From positions 1-37,917 of the IMG/VR virus record IMGVR_UViG_3300045988_120875: a stretch of 37,917 nt of DNA. One strand, 5' to 3'. The position numbers and the translations under genes were made by a program. The notes below the pieces were generated by a model. That model saw nothing but the letters and a program-made list of their open reading frames with translations. It had not been told where the DNA came from and searched no databases. The number at the start of each line of letters is the position of its first letter. Within the stretch, counting starts at the first letter, position 1. Of this stretch, positions 14,332-22,453 are shown piece by piece. Origin of the DNA: a virus.

Positions 14332-14374
14332 GGGGGCAGGGAGAGAGGGGGAAGGAGAGGGGGACTATAGGGGG
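14332..14374 (+). repeat. G-quadruplex-type motif inside a polypurine tract
   Basis: GGGGGcaGGGagagaGGGGGaaggagaGGGGGactataGGGGG has five G-runs with loops of 2 to 7 nt. The surrounding region from about 14338 to 14400 is almost pure purine. Confidence 0.7.
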
Positions 14375-14405
14375 AGAGAATAGGAGAGTGAGAGATGGGG
14401 GCGTA

Positions 14406-14453
14406 TTCCCCCTACCCCAGAGAGATAAATATATATTTCTTACAGGGGGGTGT
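14406..14453 (+). repeat. Element B, paralog of element A (4699..4753)
   Basis: TTCCCCCTACCCCAGAGAGATAAATATATATTTCTTACAGGGGGGTGT. The shared blocks are listed under element A. Confidence 0.8.
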
Positions 14454-15165
14454 TATATATATACTCTACCGAGAGAGTAGCGAAAGAAGGAGAGCCAGCG
14501 AATAAAAAACGCGAGAGAACGAGAGAAAATGGGAGCAAAACAGAGCATTTGCGAGGTATTCGGAGCTATTCGCAGATAGTCCGGTGATCCGGTCAGAGGT
14601 CAGCGGCTCCAATTCGGTGGGGCAATTACCCTTTCCCGGTGAGATTTAAGGGGCTATTAAATATTTTCGTTGGAGCTGCTGGGCTTCGGCTGTTGCTGTG
14701 TCGATTCTGTGTATTTCCCTCGCCCGGTCGGGTGCAATTCCTGTTGGCTGCTCCGGCTGGGGGCTGATTCCATCAGGACGGGCCGAGGCTTCACCGGCTG
14801 GGGGTCAGGGGGCCAGAGGTAGAGACCAGAGAGCAGGGGGTTAGGGGGGTAGCGGAAAAACAGGGGGTGTCTTTCGCGCAGGGTATAGGGCTGATATGCA
14901 CACATCCCCTCTCCCCCTCCAAGAACTTACAGTGCAGCTGCGGGAAGCTATGCCGGAGTTCCCTCTGGGGGGTGGCGGAAAAAGGGGGCGGGGGATTTTA
15001 TGTAGAACATTACGAAAATAACTGAAACCCATTGCGTCCACTTGACGAAATATGCTTGAATGAAGTTAGCGGGATAGAACCCGCCTGCCTCCTATGTCAG
15101 ACGCCAGTTTTCACCTTCAGTTCCTTTCCTGTTGCCCGGTGGGTCCGAACAGCCCACCGGAGCAT

Positions 15166-15241
15166 GGTTTCGTAGCTCAGCTGGAAGAGCGAGCGGTTGT
15201 TAACCGCTGGGTCGCAGGTTCGATCCCTGCCGGGACCGCCA
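15166..15241 (+). tRNA. tRNA-Asn (anticodon GTT), CCA encoded
   Basis: Hand-folded cloverleaf. Acceptor GGTTTCG/CGGGACC, D arm GCTC-AGCTGGAA-GAGC, anticodon stem AGCGG/CCGCT with loop TTGTTAA, T arm GCAGG-TTCGATC-CCTGC. Confidence 0.85.
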
Positions 15242-15441
15242 AAATACCGGGTCGCACCCGGCTGTGAAAGTCAGCCGCAGGAAACGCGATAGACCAACCT
15301 GACGCCTCGGAAATAGCAACGAGGGCAAGTCGCTCAGGAGCGCGACGCGCGAGCCACGACGCAACGGGACTTTGAGAGCCTGATAAATCGGGGCGCAGGA
15401 CCCTCCGCACCTCTCGACGATGTGGCCCAGGAGGGACATTT

Positions 15442-15517
15442 GCAGACGTAGCTCAGTTGGGAGAGCACCGCACCAGATGGGCGGTATGCGCAGGTTCGAG
15501 TCCTGCCATCTGCACCA
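15442..15517 (+). tRNA. tRNA-like gene, isotype undetermined (non-canonical anticodon arm), CCA encoded
   Basis: Acceptor GCAGACG/CATCTGC (one C-A mismatch), canonical D arm (GCTC-AGTTGGGA-GAGC) and T arm (GCAGG-TTCGAGT-CCTGC). The anticodon arm is either CCGC(A)/(G)GCGG with loop CCAGATG (C33, T37) or ACCGC/GCGGT with the 9-nt loop ACCAGATGG. Confidence 0.6.
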
Positions 15518-15544
15518 GAATTTTTTGTGAGAGGGGGCCGGGGC

Positions 15545-16078
15545 ATGGCTTATCAGAAGAAAAATCCCACTGCGGAAGAGCGCAAGGCGCACATGAACAA
15601 CATGAACAAGAAAGCCGCCGCGGCCCACAGGAAACAGACGATTGAGAAGATCAAGGCGTTCCTGAAGGAATCCGAGGAATACTTTGACACGCAGGACCGG
15701 CTGGAGCAGGCATACAGCGAGGCGGGCCTTGCCAATGCGATGCGATGGACGGTTCAGCGGCTTCAGGGGTATTACGACTACAACGATGGCCGGGAGGCCG
15801 AGGTAGTTGAGGCGCAGGTGGAGGCCTTTGAAGCGGGTGACGAGGAAATCACCGATCCCCGCTGCGTCATGAGCTACTACGTGCGGCTGGCATACCAGCG
15901 GATTCAGGAGCAGATCGACACCAGCCCCATCTACCAGGAAAAGGGCATGGTGACGCGAGGCATTTTCCTGAACAAGCAGAAGCGCCTGGGCGGCTATCAG
16001 GACAAGCAGGAGACCCGCCAGGACATCAGCGTGAACGTGACCTTTGGGGACGGCGTGGACGCAAGCGACTTCAAGTGA
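15545..16078 (+). CDS. Hypothetical protein, first late-arm ORF (possible small terminase; unsupported)
   Basis: ATG at 15545 follows GAGAGGGGG. It has a basic N-terminus and an acidic middle. Confidence 0.5.
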   Translation: MAYQKKNPTAEERKAHMNNMNKKAAAAHRKQTIEKIKAFLKESEEYFDTQDRLEQAYSEAGLANAMRWTVQRLQGYYDYNDGREAEVVEAQVEAFEAGDEEITDPRCVMSYYVRLAYQRIQEQIDTSPIYQEKGMVTRGIFLNKQKRLGGYQDKQETRQDISVNVTFGDGVDASDFK

Positions 16079-16090
16079 GGAGGCGGCGAG

Positions 16091-16333
16091 GTGAACGGCC
16101 TGATTTTGGTTTTATCCCTGATCTGCGGCGCGGCCAGCATGGGCGCTGCCGTATGCGCAGTGCTGATTCTGCGGCTTCTGCGGGAGATCAAAGCCCCCTC
16201 CCCCACAGAACCGGAAAAGCCGGAGGCGGAGGAGCCTACGGACCGGCAGAAAAGCGTGGAACAGGGTATTGATAATCTGATGAAATACGACCTGAACACC
16301 ATGAAAGCCAGCCTGAAGGGGCGGGAGGTGTGA
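16091..16333 (+). CDS. Small membrane protein (N-terminal TM)
   Basis: GTG start 7 nt after GGAGG. The TM segment is LILVLSLICGAASMGAAVCAVLIL. Confidence 0.5.
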   Translation: MNGLILVLSLICGAASMGAAVCAVLILRLLREIKAPSPTEPEKPEAEEPTDRQKSVEQGIDNLMKYDLNTMKASLKGREV

Positions 16334-16334
16334 T

Positions 16335-16784
16335 ATGGCGGTTACGGTACAGCAGATTTTTGACATCGCCATCCACCTGATGGATTCCCAGAACGAATCC
16401 ACCGGCTCCACGGACACGGCGGACACCAAGGAGTATAAGCTGCGGACCGTTTCCCTGCTGAACAGCGTTTTAGACCGGGCGTTCCCGTACAGCGACAACT
16501 ACCGGGACGCTTTGGAGGCGGCGGGCGGCAAGCGGCCTATCTGCCCCAAGGTGACGGAGATGGCGGACGAGGTGGCGCTGGATGAGCGGATCTGCACTGG
16601 AGCGCTGCCTTACGGTCTGGCAGGTCTGCTGCTGCTGGAGGAGGACCCCAGCCGGGCCAACTTCCTGTGGCAGACGTTTCTGGAACAGCTGGAGCTGTGC
16701 CGCCAGAGCCTGCCCAGCGTGATCGGGGACGTGGAAAACCTTTACGGCGGCATTGAACACGGGGAGTTTGGAGCATGGTGGTAG
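16335..16784 (+). CDS. Hypothetical virion-module protein
   Basis: 149 aa with a GGAGGTG RBS. Confidence 0.55.
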   Translation: MAVTVQQIFDIAIHLMDSQNESTGSTDTADTKEYKLRTVSLLNSVLDRAFPYSDNYRDALEAAGGKRPICPKVTEMADEVALDERICTGALPYGLAGLLLLEEDPSRANFLWQTFLEQLELCRQSLPSVIGDVENLYGGIEHGEFGAWW

Positions 16785-16963
16785 ATGGGACGTGGGTCTA
16801 CCGCTGCCCTATCTGCGGGAAAGCACTTCAGCACATCGAACCGGACAGCGTGATCTACAACACGCCGATTTACTGCCGAAGATGCAAGGTGAGCCACTAC
16901 CCCACCATTTTTGAGGGGCGGGAGCTGGATACAGACGTCCCCTTCCCCCTGAAAACCGAATAA
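16775..16963 (+). CDS. Cysteine-rich KTR-like zinc-ribbon protein
   Basis: WVYRCPICGKAL....NTPIYCRRCK matches the Cys_rich_KTR pattern (CPxCG ... N.P.yCxxCK). Confidence 0.55.
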   Translation: MVVDGTWVYRCPICGKALQHIEPDSVIYNTPIYCRRCKVSHYPTIFEGRELDTDVPFPLKTE

Positions 16964-17029
16964 AAACGAGAGCCCAACGAGGCCATGAGAACGGCGAAAG
17001 CCGTTTCTTGTGGTCTCGTTTTTTGTTTT
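16964..17029 (+). terminator. Intrinsic terminator inside the late arm
   Basis: AAAACGAGA...TCTCGTTTTTTGTTTT outer stem with an inner ACGGC-GAAA-GCCGT hairpin, then a T-run. Confidence 0.65.
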
Positions 17030-17099
17030 GTCAGCAAAGCCAGACCAGGCTTTGAAAATACAAAGATCCGGCCAGACCAGGCCGGGGAAAGAGGCCAAT

Positions 17100-18005
17100 A
17101 TGGACGAAAACATGAACCAGATCCCCGAACAGGAGCCCGAGACCACGGACGCCTTTCTGGATGGCTGGGACGGCGAAGCAGAAGCAGCGGCAGACCAGCC
17201 GGAAGTGGACGCAGAGCCGGTGGAGACTGGCGAGGAAACGCTTGCCGAGGACCCCAGTGAGAGCGCAGAGACGCCGGAAGAGGGCACTGAGCCTCCCGCA
17301 GATGCGGAACAGGCAGCCCAGACGCAGCAGACCGAGGCGGAGACCGTGGACGCACGGCCCCAGACATGGGAGCTGCGGCACATAGGCGAGGTGCGGCAGG
17401 CCAACGAAGCGGAAATGGTGGCACTGGCCCAGAAGGGCATGGACTATGACCGCATCCGCAGCCAGTATGACGAGTTTAAGCCTGTGATGGAGATGGTCAA
17501 CCGCTTTGCGAACCAGCAGGGGTTGAACACCAAGGACTACATTTCCATGCTCCGGACGCAGGCAAAGCAGGCCGAGGGCCTGAGTGAAGCGGACGCACGG
17601 CGCTCCGTGGAGCTTGAGGACCGGGAGGCCGTTGTGGCCGTCGCAGAAGCGGAGCGGCAGGCCCAGCAGGACGCCATGGCGCAGGCCCAGCGGGCCGAGG
17701 CCGAGGCGGCAAGCCGCCGACAGGCGGACATTCAGGAATTTCAACAGACATTCCCCGAGGCAGCAAAGGACCCCAACAGCATCCCGCCCCAGGTTTGGGC
17801 AGACGTGCGGAACGGCTCTTCTCTGGTAGCCGCCTACGCCCGGTACGCCGTGCAGCAGGCGCGGCAGGACGCGGCAGACGCCAAGCGGGAGACCGCCTCC
17901 GTACAGCAGAACCAGCGGAACGCGGAGCGCTCCACCGGCAGCATGAGAAGCGCCGGTGATGGGCTGAAGTCTAAGGACCCGTTCCTGGAGGGCTGGGGGG
18001 ACTAA
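17100..18005 (+). CDS. Scaffolding protein
   Basis: Highly acidic N-terminus with a Gln/Ala/Glu/Arg-rich coiled-coil. It lies immediately upstream of the capsid gene. ATG at 17100 follows GGGGAAAGAGG. Confidence 0.65.
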   Translation: MDENMNQIPEQEPETTDAFLDGWDGEAEAAADQPEVDAEPVETGEETLAEDPSESAETPEEGTEPPADAEQAAQTQQTEAETVDARPQTWELRHIGEVRQANEAEMVALAQKGMDYDRIRSQYDEFKPVMEMVNRFANQQGLNTKDYISMLRTQAKQAEGLSEADARRSVELEDREAVVAVAEAERQAQQDAMAQAQRAEAEAASRRQADIQEFQQTFPEAAKDPNSIPPQVWADVRNGSSLVAAYARYAVQQARQDAADAKRETASVQQNQRNAERSTGSMRSAGDGLKSKDPFLEGWGD

Positions 18006-18050
18006 GCCTTTGCATCGCCGGGGAGACCGACGAAAGAGAGGTTTTGAACC

Positions 18051-19103
18051 ATGGCTATCAATTACGCCGTTAAATACGCAACCAAGATCGCGGAGGCTTT
18101 CTCTAAGCCTTCTATCACCGACGACGATGCCGGTAAGGCATACACCTGGACCGGCCCCAACAGCAAGACCATTGTCGTTGGCAGCGTGGACACCGTGCCG
18201 GAGACCGAGTACACCAACACCGGCGACAACCGATTCGGCACCACCTATGACCTGGGCGACACCCAGCAGGAGATGACCTGCGAGCAGAAGCCCGCCTTCT
18301 CCTTCACCATCGACGCGGTGGATCAGACGGATCAGGCCATTGAGAAGTCCGCTTCCCGCGCCCTGCGGCGTCAGCTGGAGCAGCGGACCACCCCCAACAT
18401 GGACCGCCACCGCATCAAGAAGTGGGTGATGGGCGCTAATATCCAGCGTCAGGAGGCAACCACCCCTACCAAGAGCACCATCGGTGGCCTGATTATCGAT
18501 CTGAACGCCGATATGACCAACGCCCTGGTGCCCATGGAGAACCGCACCATCTACATTGCCACCAGCTATTACAAGCTGCTGAAGCAGGACCCCGCCTGGC
18601 TGGGCACCGAGAGCCTTGCCAAGGAGACCCTGACCCGCGGTGTGGTGGGCCAGTACGACGGCTGCCGGGTGAAGAACATCCCCGACCGCTATATGCCTGA
18701 CGGTGTGTACTTCTTCATCAAGTGGAAGGGCAGCACCGTGGATCCCGTGAAGCTGGCGCAGTACGACATTCTGCCAAAGGTAAAGGGCTATTCCGGCCCC
18801 GTGGTGCAGGGCGTGACCTACTATGACAGCTTTGTGCTGGGGGCCAAGGGCGACGGCGTGGCTGTCTGCGGCAATGCCGCTATTTTGGCGGCACCCGTGA
18901 TGTCTATCGCGTCTCACGCCGTCAGCATCACCGCCGTGTCCGGCGTGGTGTTCAAGTACACCACCGACGGCACCAACCCCCGGTACTCCAACACCGCCCA
19001 GATCTACACCGCTGCTGTGACCCTGACCAAAGGCCAGACCATGCGGGCTGTGGGCACCAAGGACGGCTGCGTGGGCATCGAGGGCACCAAGGATTACGAG
19101 TGA
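18051..19103 (+). CDS. Major capsid protein with a C-terminal Ig-like (chitobiase/FN3-associated type) domain
   Basis: Supported by position after the scaffold gene and by the N-terminal pattern YATKIAEAFS...YTWTG..TIVVGS...YTNTGDNRFG...FSFTIDAVD, typical of an HK97-fold capsid family. The C-terminus is VFKYTTDGTNPRYSNTAQIYTAAVTLTKGQTMRAVG. Confidence 0.7.
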   Translation: MAINYAVKYATKIAEAFSKPSITDDDAGKAYTWTGPNSKTIVVGSVDTVPETEYTNTGDNRFGTTYDLGDTQQEMTCEQKPAFSFTIDAVDQTDQAIEKSASRALRRQLEQRTTPNMDRHRIKKWVMGANIQRQEATTPTKSTIGGLIIDLNADMTNALVPMENRTIYIATSYYKLLKQDPAWLGTESLAKETLTRGVVGQYDGCRVKNIPDRYMPDGVYFFIKWKGSTVDPVKLAQYDILPKVKGYSGPVVQGVTYYDSFVLGAKGDGVAVCGNAAILAAPVMSIASHAVSITAVSGVVFKYTTDGTNPRYSNTAQIYTAAVTLTKGQTMRAVGTKDGCVGIEGTKDYE

Positions 19104-19109
19104 TCTCAT

Positions 19110-19135
19110 GGGAGGGGGCTTCGGCCCCTTCCCCC
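19110..19135 (+). other. 10-bp GC hairpin with a UUCG loop after the capsid gene
   Basis: GGGAGGGGGC-TTCG-GCCCCTTCCC. There is no U-tract, so it is probably an mRNA stabiliser or pause element. Confidence 0.5.
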
Positions 19136-19193
19136 ATATATGGACGGAGCGGGTGCATGAACCCGGCCCGTTTACCAGATATAAGGAGCGATT

Positions 19194-20579
19194 ATGCCTC
19201 GATATAAACAGACAGCAGGCGGAACGGTGCAGGTGGATCTGGGGACGCTGAACCCCAAGCAGAAGAAGTTCTGCCAGTCTCGGAGCCGGTACACGGCTTA
19301 CGGCGGCGCCAGAGGCGGCGGCAAGACACACGTTCTGCTGCGGAAGGCGGCAGGCGGCGCGCTCACCTACCCCGGCATTAAGATCCTGATCGTGCGCCGG
19401 GAATACCCGGAATTGGAGCAGAACATCATCTTACCCATGCAAAAGCTGATCCCGCCGGAGGTGGGTAGCTACAACGGCAGTATGCGCATGATGTTCTTCT
19501 GCAACGGCAGCATCATCAAGTTCGGTCACTACGGGGCCGGAGACGATCAGGAGTATCAGGGCCTTGAGTTTGACTGGATCTTCATGGAGGAGGCCACTCA
19601 GTTCTCGGAATCCCAGTTCCGCACACTGGGCGCGTGTTTGCGCGGCGCGACCAAGTTCCCCCGGCGGATGTACCTGACCTGCAACCCCGGCGACATCGGC
19701 CACCTGTGGGTAAAGCGGCTGTTCGTGGACCGGGAGTACCGGGAGGGGGAAAAGGCCAAGGATTACACCTTTATCCCCGCCACGGTGGACGATAACCCAC
19801 AGCTTTTGGAGGCGTCCCCAGAGTACAAGCAAATGCTGGACCTGCTGCCGGAGGATGTGCGGCGGGCGTGGCGTTACGGTGACTGGAACGCCATGGCAGG
19901 CACGTTCTTCCCGGAGTTCCGCAAAGAAACCCATGTGATCGCGCCTTTTGTACGGGTGCCACGGGAGTGGAAGAAATACCGGGCGTTTGACTACGGCCTT
20001 GATATGTTCGCCTGCCTATGGGTGGCGGTGGACTTTGAGGGGCGGGCCTATGTGTACCGGGAGGTACAGCAAAGCGGCTTGATCGTCAGCGAAGCGGCAA
20101 AGCTGGCAAATGCACTGACCCCGCCAGAGGAACACATTGAGTTCACCATTGCCCCGCCGGATATGTGGAACCGGCAGAAGGACAGCGGGCGGAGCATGGC
20201 GGAGATCTTCGCGCAGAACGGGTTAGGGCTGCTGAAAGCCAGCAACAACCGCGTTCAGGGCTGGATGGCCGTCAAGGAGCTGCTGAAGCCCATGAAAAGC
20301 GACACGGACCGCCCCGGACTGCTGGTGACGGAAAACTGCGTGGGTCTGATCCGCAACCTGCCCTCCATCCAGCATGACGAGAAAAACCCATCGGACTGCG
20401 CCACGGAGCCCCACGAGATCACCCATATCTGCGACGCTGCCCGGTATTTCTGCGTTACCCGCGTACTGGGTGCCCAGAAAACCGTGGAAAAGATCGTGGA
20501 CGATTTTGACGAGGGCGAGGACTACGATGACGTGATGACGGGCGGGGAAATGACCGCCGGTTATCTATCCTACGGATAA
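19194..20579 (+). CDS. terL: Terminase large subunit
   Basis: Walker A GGARGGGKT, then DWIFMEEA (Walker B-like), with a C-terminal nuclease-size domain. RBS is AAGGAG. Confidence 0.85.
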   Translation: MPRYKQTAGGTVQVDLGTLNPKQKKFCQSRSRYTAYGGARGGGKTHVLLRKAAGGALTYPGIKILIVRREYPELEQNIILPMQKLIPPEVGSYNGSMRMMFFCNGSIIKFGHYGAGDDQEYQGLEFDWIFMEEATQFSESQFRTLGACLRGATKFPRRMYLTCNPGDIGHLWVKRLFVDREYREGEKAKDYTFIPATVDDNPQLLEASPEYKQMLDLLPEDVRRAWRYGDWNAMAGTFFPEFRKETHVIAPFVRVPREWKKYRAFDYGLDMFACLWVAVDFEGRAYVYREVQQSGLIVSEAAKLANALTPPEEHIEFTIAPPDMWNRQKDSGRSMAEIFAQNGLGLLKASNNRVQGWMAVKELLKPMKSDTDRPGLLVTENCVGLIRNLPSIQHDEKNPSDCATEPHEITHICDAARYFCVTRVLGAQKTVEKIVDDFDEGEDYDDVMTGGEMTAGYLSYG

Positions 20580-20593
20580 AGGAGGCCCGGACG

Positions 20594-22441
20594 ATGGCTC
20601 AAATCACATCCAGCAACGATATCCAGGTGTTGAAGATCCGCCAGTTTTTGGGCCTGAACGAGAACCCGGACGGGGATACCAAAATCAAGAACGGCGAAAT
20701 GAGCAAGATGCGGAACTTCCGTGTGACGCGGGAGAAGCACTTGCAGCTGCGCCCCGGCACCAAGACGGTCCTGAACCTGAAAACGGCATGGGACGCATGG
20801 TGCGCGGAGAGCGGCCATACGGCCCCCACAGCAAACCCGGTTTTCTCCGGCGCGTGGGAGGGCGTGGTAGACAGCAAACAGCGGACCCTTGCCGCCTTCG
20901 GCGGGCTGATCTTCTCTCTGGACCCGGCGGCGGCAACTACTAAGGTTGTGGGCCAGTGCACGCAGGCTCAGACTTCGTTCTTCGGCTTTTCCAACAAGGT
21001 TTACCTACTGAACGGCCATGAATACATGAGCTGGGACGGCAAGGACGACAGCAGCTTTACGGCGGTAGAGGGCTATATCCCTACGGTGATGAACGCCACC
21101 ACGCCTGCGGGCGGTGGGTTTCTGCTGGAAAACGTGAACCGGCTGACGGGCAAGCGAAAGGTGCTGTATTCCCCCGACGGCAAGGAGACGGTTTTCCACA
21201 TCCCGGAAAAGACGGTGGATGAGATCATCTCCGTAAAGATCGGGGACACGGCGCAGACCTACACCCCTGACCTGACGGCACGGACCTTCACCATTACCCC
21301 CGCCCCCGCTGCCGGAACCAACACACTGGAGCTGATCTACCGCAGCGGCAACGGAGAACGGGCACAGGTAACGGGAATGCGCTTCTCCGAGCTTTATAAC
21401 GGCCAGACGGACAGCCGTGTGTTTCTCTACGGAGACGGCACCAACAAGACCATCTACTCCGGTATTGATTCCGCCACCGGCAAGCCTTCGGCGGAATACT
21501 TCCCGGATCTGTACGAGGCGGAGGTTGGCGAGGCCAACACGCCTATCACCGGCATGGTGCGCCATTACGCACGGCTGGTGGTGTTCAAGCAGGACGCCAC
21601 CTACTCCATGAGCTATTCCACGCTGGTAACGGCTACGGACGTCACCACGGCGGCGTTCTATGTGACCCCTGTCAACCGGCAGTTCGGCAATAAGGCTCCG
21701 GGGCAAGTGGACATTCTGGAGAACAACCCCCTGACGCTGGACGATCAGGCGGTGTACCGGTGGCGGAGCGTATCTACCAGCGGCAACATTACCTTTGACG
21801 AGCGGAACGCGGAACGGATCAGCAACCGGGTAGAGGTGACGCTGAAAGGCTTTGACATGGCAGAGACCCGGACCTTCAACCGAAAGTCGGCGCAGGAATA
21901 CTGGTGGATGTACGGAGACAAGGCGCTGATCCTGAACTACGGCGCAGACGCATGGTATCTCTACACCGGTTTGAGCTTCCGGGCCATGGTGGAGGTGGGG
22001 CTGGAAACCTACGGCTTCCGGACTGACGGCGGCGTGGTGCATCTTTCACGGCAGTACCGGAACGATGACGGCAAGGATATTAACGCCTACGCCGCCACCG
22101 GCTCCATGGACTTTGACCGGGACTGGGTGCTGAAATACAGCCCGCTTATTTTCGTGGCGATCCAGCCGGAGAGCAACGCACGGGTGCACGTGACGGTGGA
22201 GACCAACCGCCGCAGCGACTACCCGGAGAAAATCGTATCCTCCGGCCTGACCACCTTTGCCCATGCGGATTTCGCCCACTGGTCCTTCGGCACCAACCGG
22301 AAGCCGCAGGTGCGGCGGGTGAAAATGAAGGTGAAGAAGGCCACCTTCTACAAGCTGGTATTCAAGAGCAAATCGGCATCGTCTACCGCAACGGTTCTGG
22401 AGACGGACGTGCAGCTCCGCTATACCGGAAATGTGAAATAA
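20594..22441 (+). CDS. Virion structural protein (possible tail tubular/adaptor protein)
   Basis: 615 aa, between terL and the portal gene. The N-terminal FLGLNENPDGDTKIKNGEMSKMRNFRV...LQLRPG motif resembles podovirus tail proteins from memory only. Confidence 0.35.
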   Translation: MAQITSSNDIQVLKIRQFLGLNENPDGDTKIKNGEMSKMRNFRVTREKHLQLRPGTKTVLNLKTAWDAWCAESGHTAPTANPVFSGAWEGVVDSKQRTLAAFGGLIFSLDPAAATTKVVGQCTQAQTSFFGFSNKVYLLNGHEYMSWDGKDDSSFTAVEGYIPTVMNATTPAGGGFLLENVNRLTGKRKVLYSPDGKETVFHIPEKTVDEIISVKIGDTAQTYTPDLTARTFTITPAPAAGTNTLELIYRSGNGERAQVTGMRFSELYNGQTDSRVFLYGDGTNKTIYSGIDSATGKPSAEYFPDLYEAEVGEANTPITGMVRHYARLVVFKQDATYSMSYSTLVTATDVTTAAFYVTPVNRQFGNKAPGQVDILENNPLTLDDQAVYRWRSVSTSGNITFDERNAERISNRVEVTLKGFDMAETRTFNRKSAQEYWWMYGDKALILNYGADAWYLYTGLSFRAMVEVGLETYGFRTDGGVVHLSRQYRNDDGKDINAYAATGSMDFDRDWVLKYSPLIFVAIQPESNARVHVTVETNRRSDYPEKIVSSGLTTFAHADFAHWSFGTNRKPQVRRVKMKVKKATFYKLVFKSKSASSTATVLETDVQLRYTGNVK

Positions 22442-22453
22442 AGGGGTGAACCC

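Larger units (their letters stand above)
14293..15165 (+). ncRNA. Candidate large structured non-coding RNA (ROOL/GOLLD-class by context only), or alternatively a pac/late-promoter region
   Basis: About 0.87 kb with no RBS-supported ORF, many short GC helices and repeated motifs, immediately 5' of two tRNA genes at the head of the late arm. No consensus motif was recognised by eye. Confidence 0.25.

Noticed and set aside
14657-15041. Minus-strand ORFs 14657..14905 and 14841..15041 in the long non-coding region. Also 15200..15628 and 15334..15546, which overlap the tRNAs.
   Set aside because: They are Pro/Ser/Arg-rich, lack an RBS, and overlap tRNA genes or G-run repeats. I treat them as non-coding.
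15242-15441. A possible third degenerate tRNA in the 200-nt spacer between the two tRNAs.
   Set aside because: It contains hairpins (CCGGG/CCCGG at about 15247..15261 and GGCTG/CAGCC at about 15260..15278) but no T-loop (GTTCGA) or acceptor pairing. It may belong to the putative ncRNA or be a processed spacer.
17031-19331. 766-aa minus-strand ORF. Similar long antisense ORFs lie at 22046..24943 (965 aa), 31728..33653 (641 aa), 33792..35057 (421 aa), 21005..22042 (345 aa) and 16742..17440.
   Set aside because: These are shadow ORFs of a GC-rich genome. Their composition is Gly/Arg/Pro/His/Leu-rich and low in complexity, with no RBS. Each is fully overlapped by a plus-strand gene with clear motifs (scaffold, capsid, terL, portal, fibre, giant protein).
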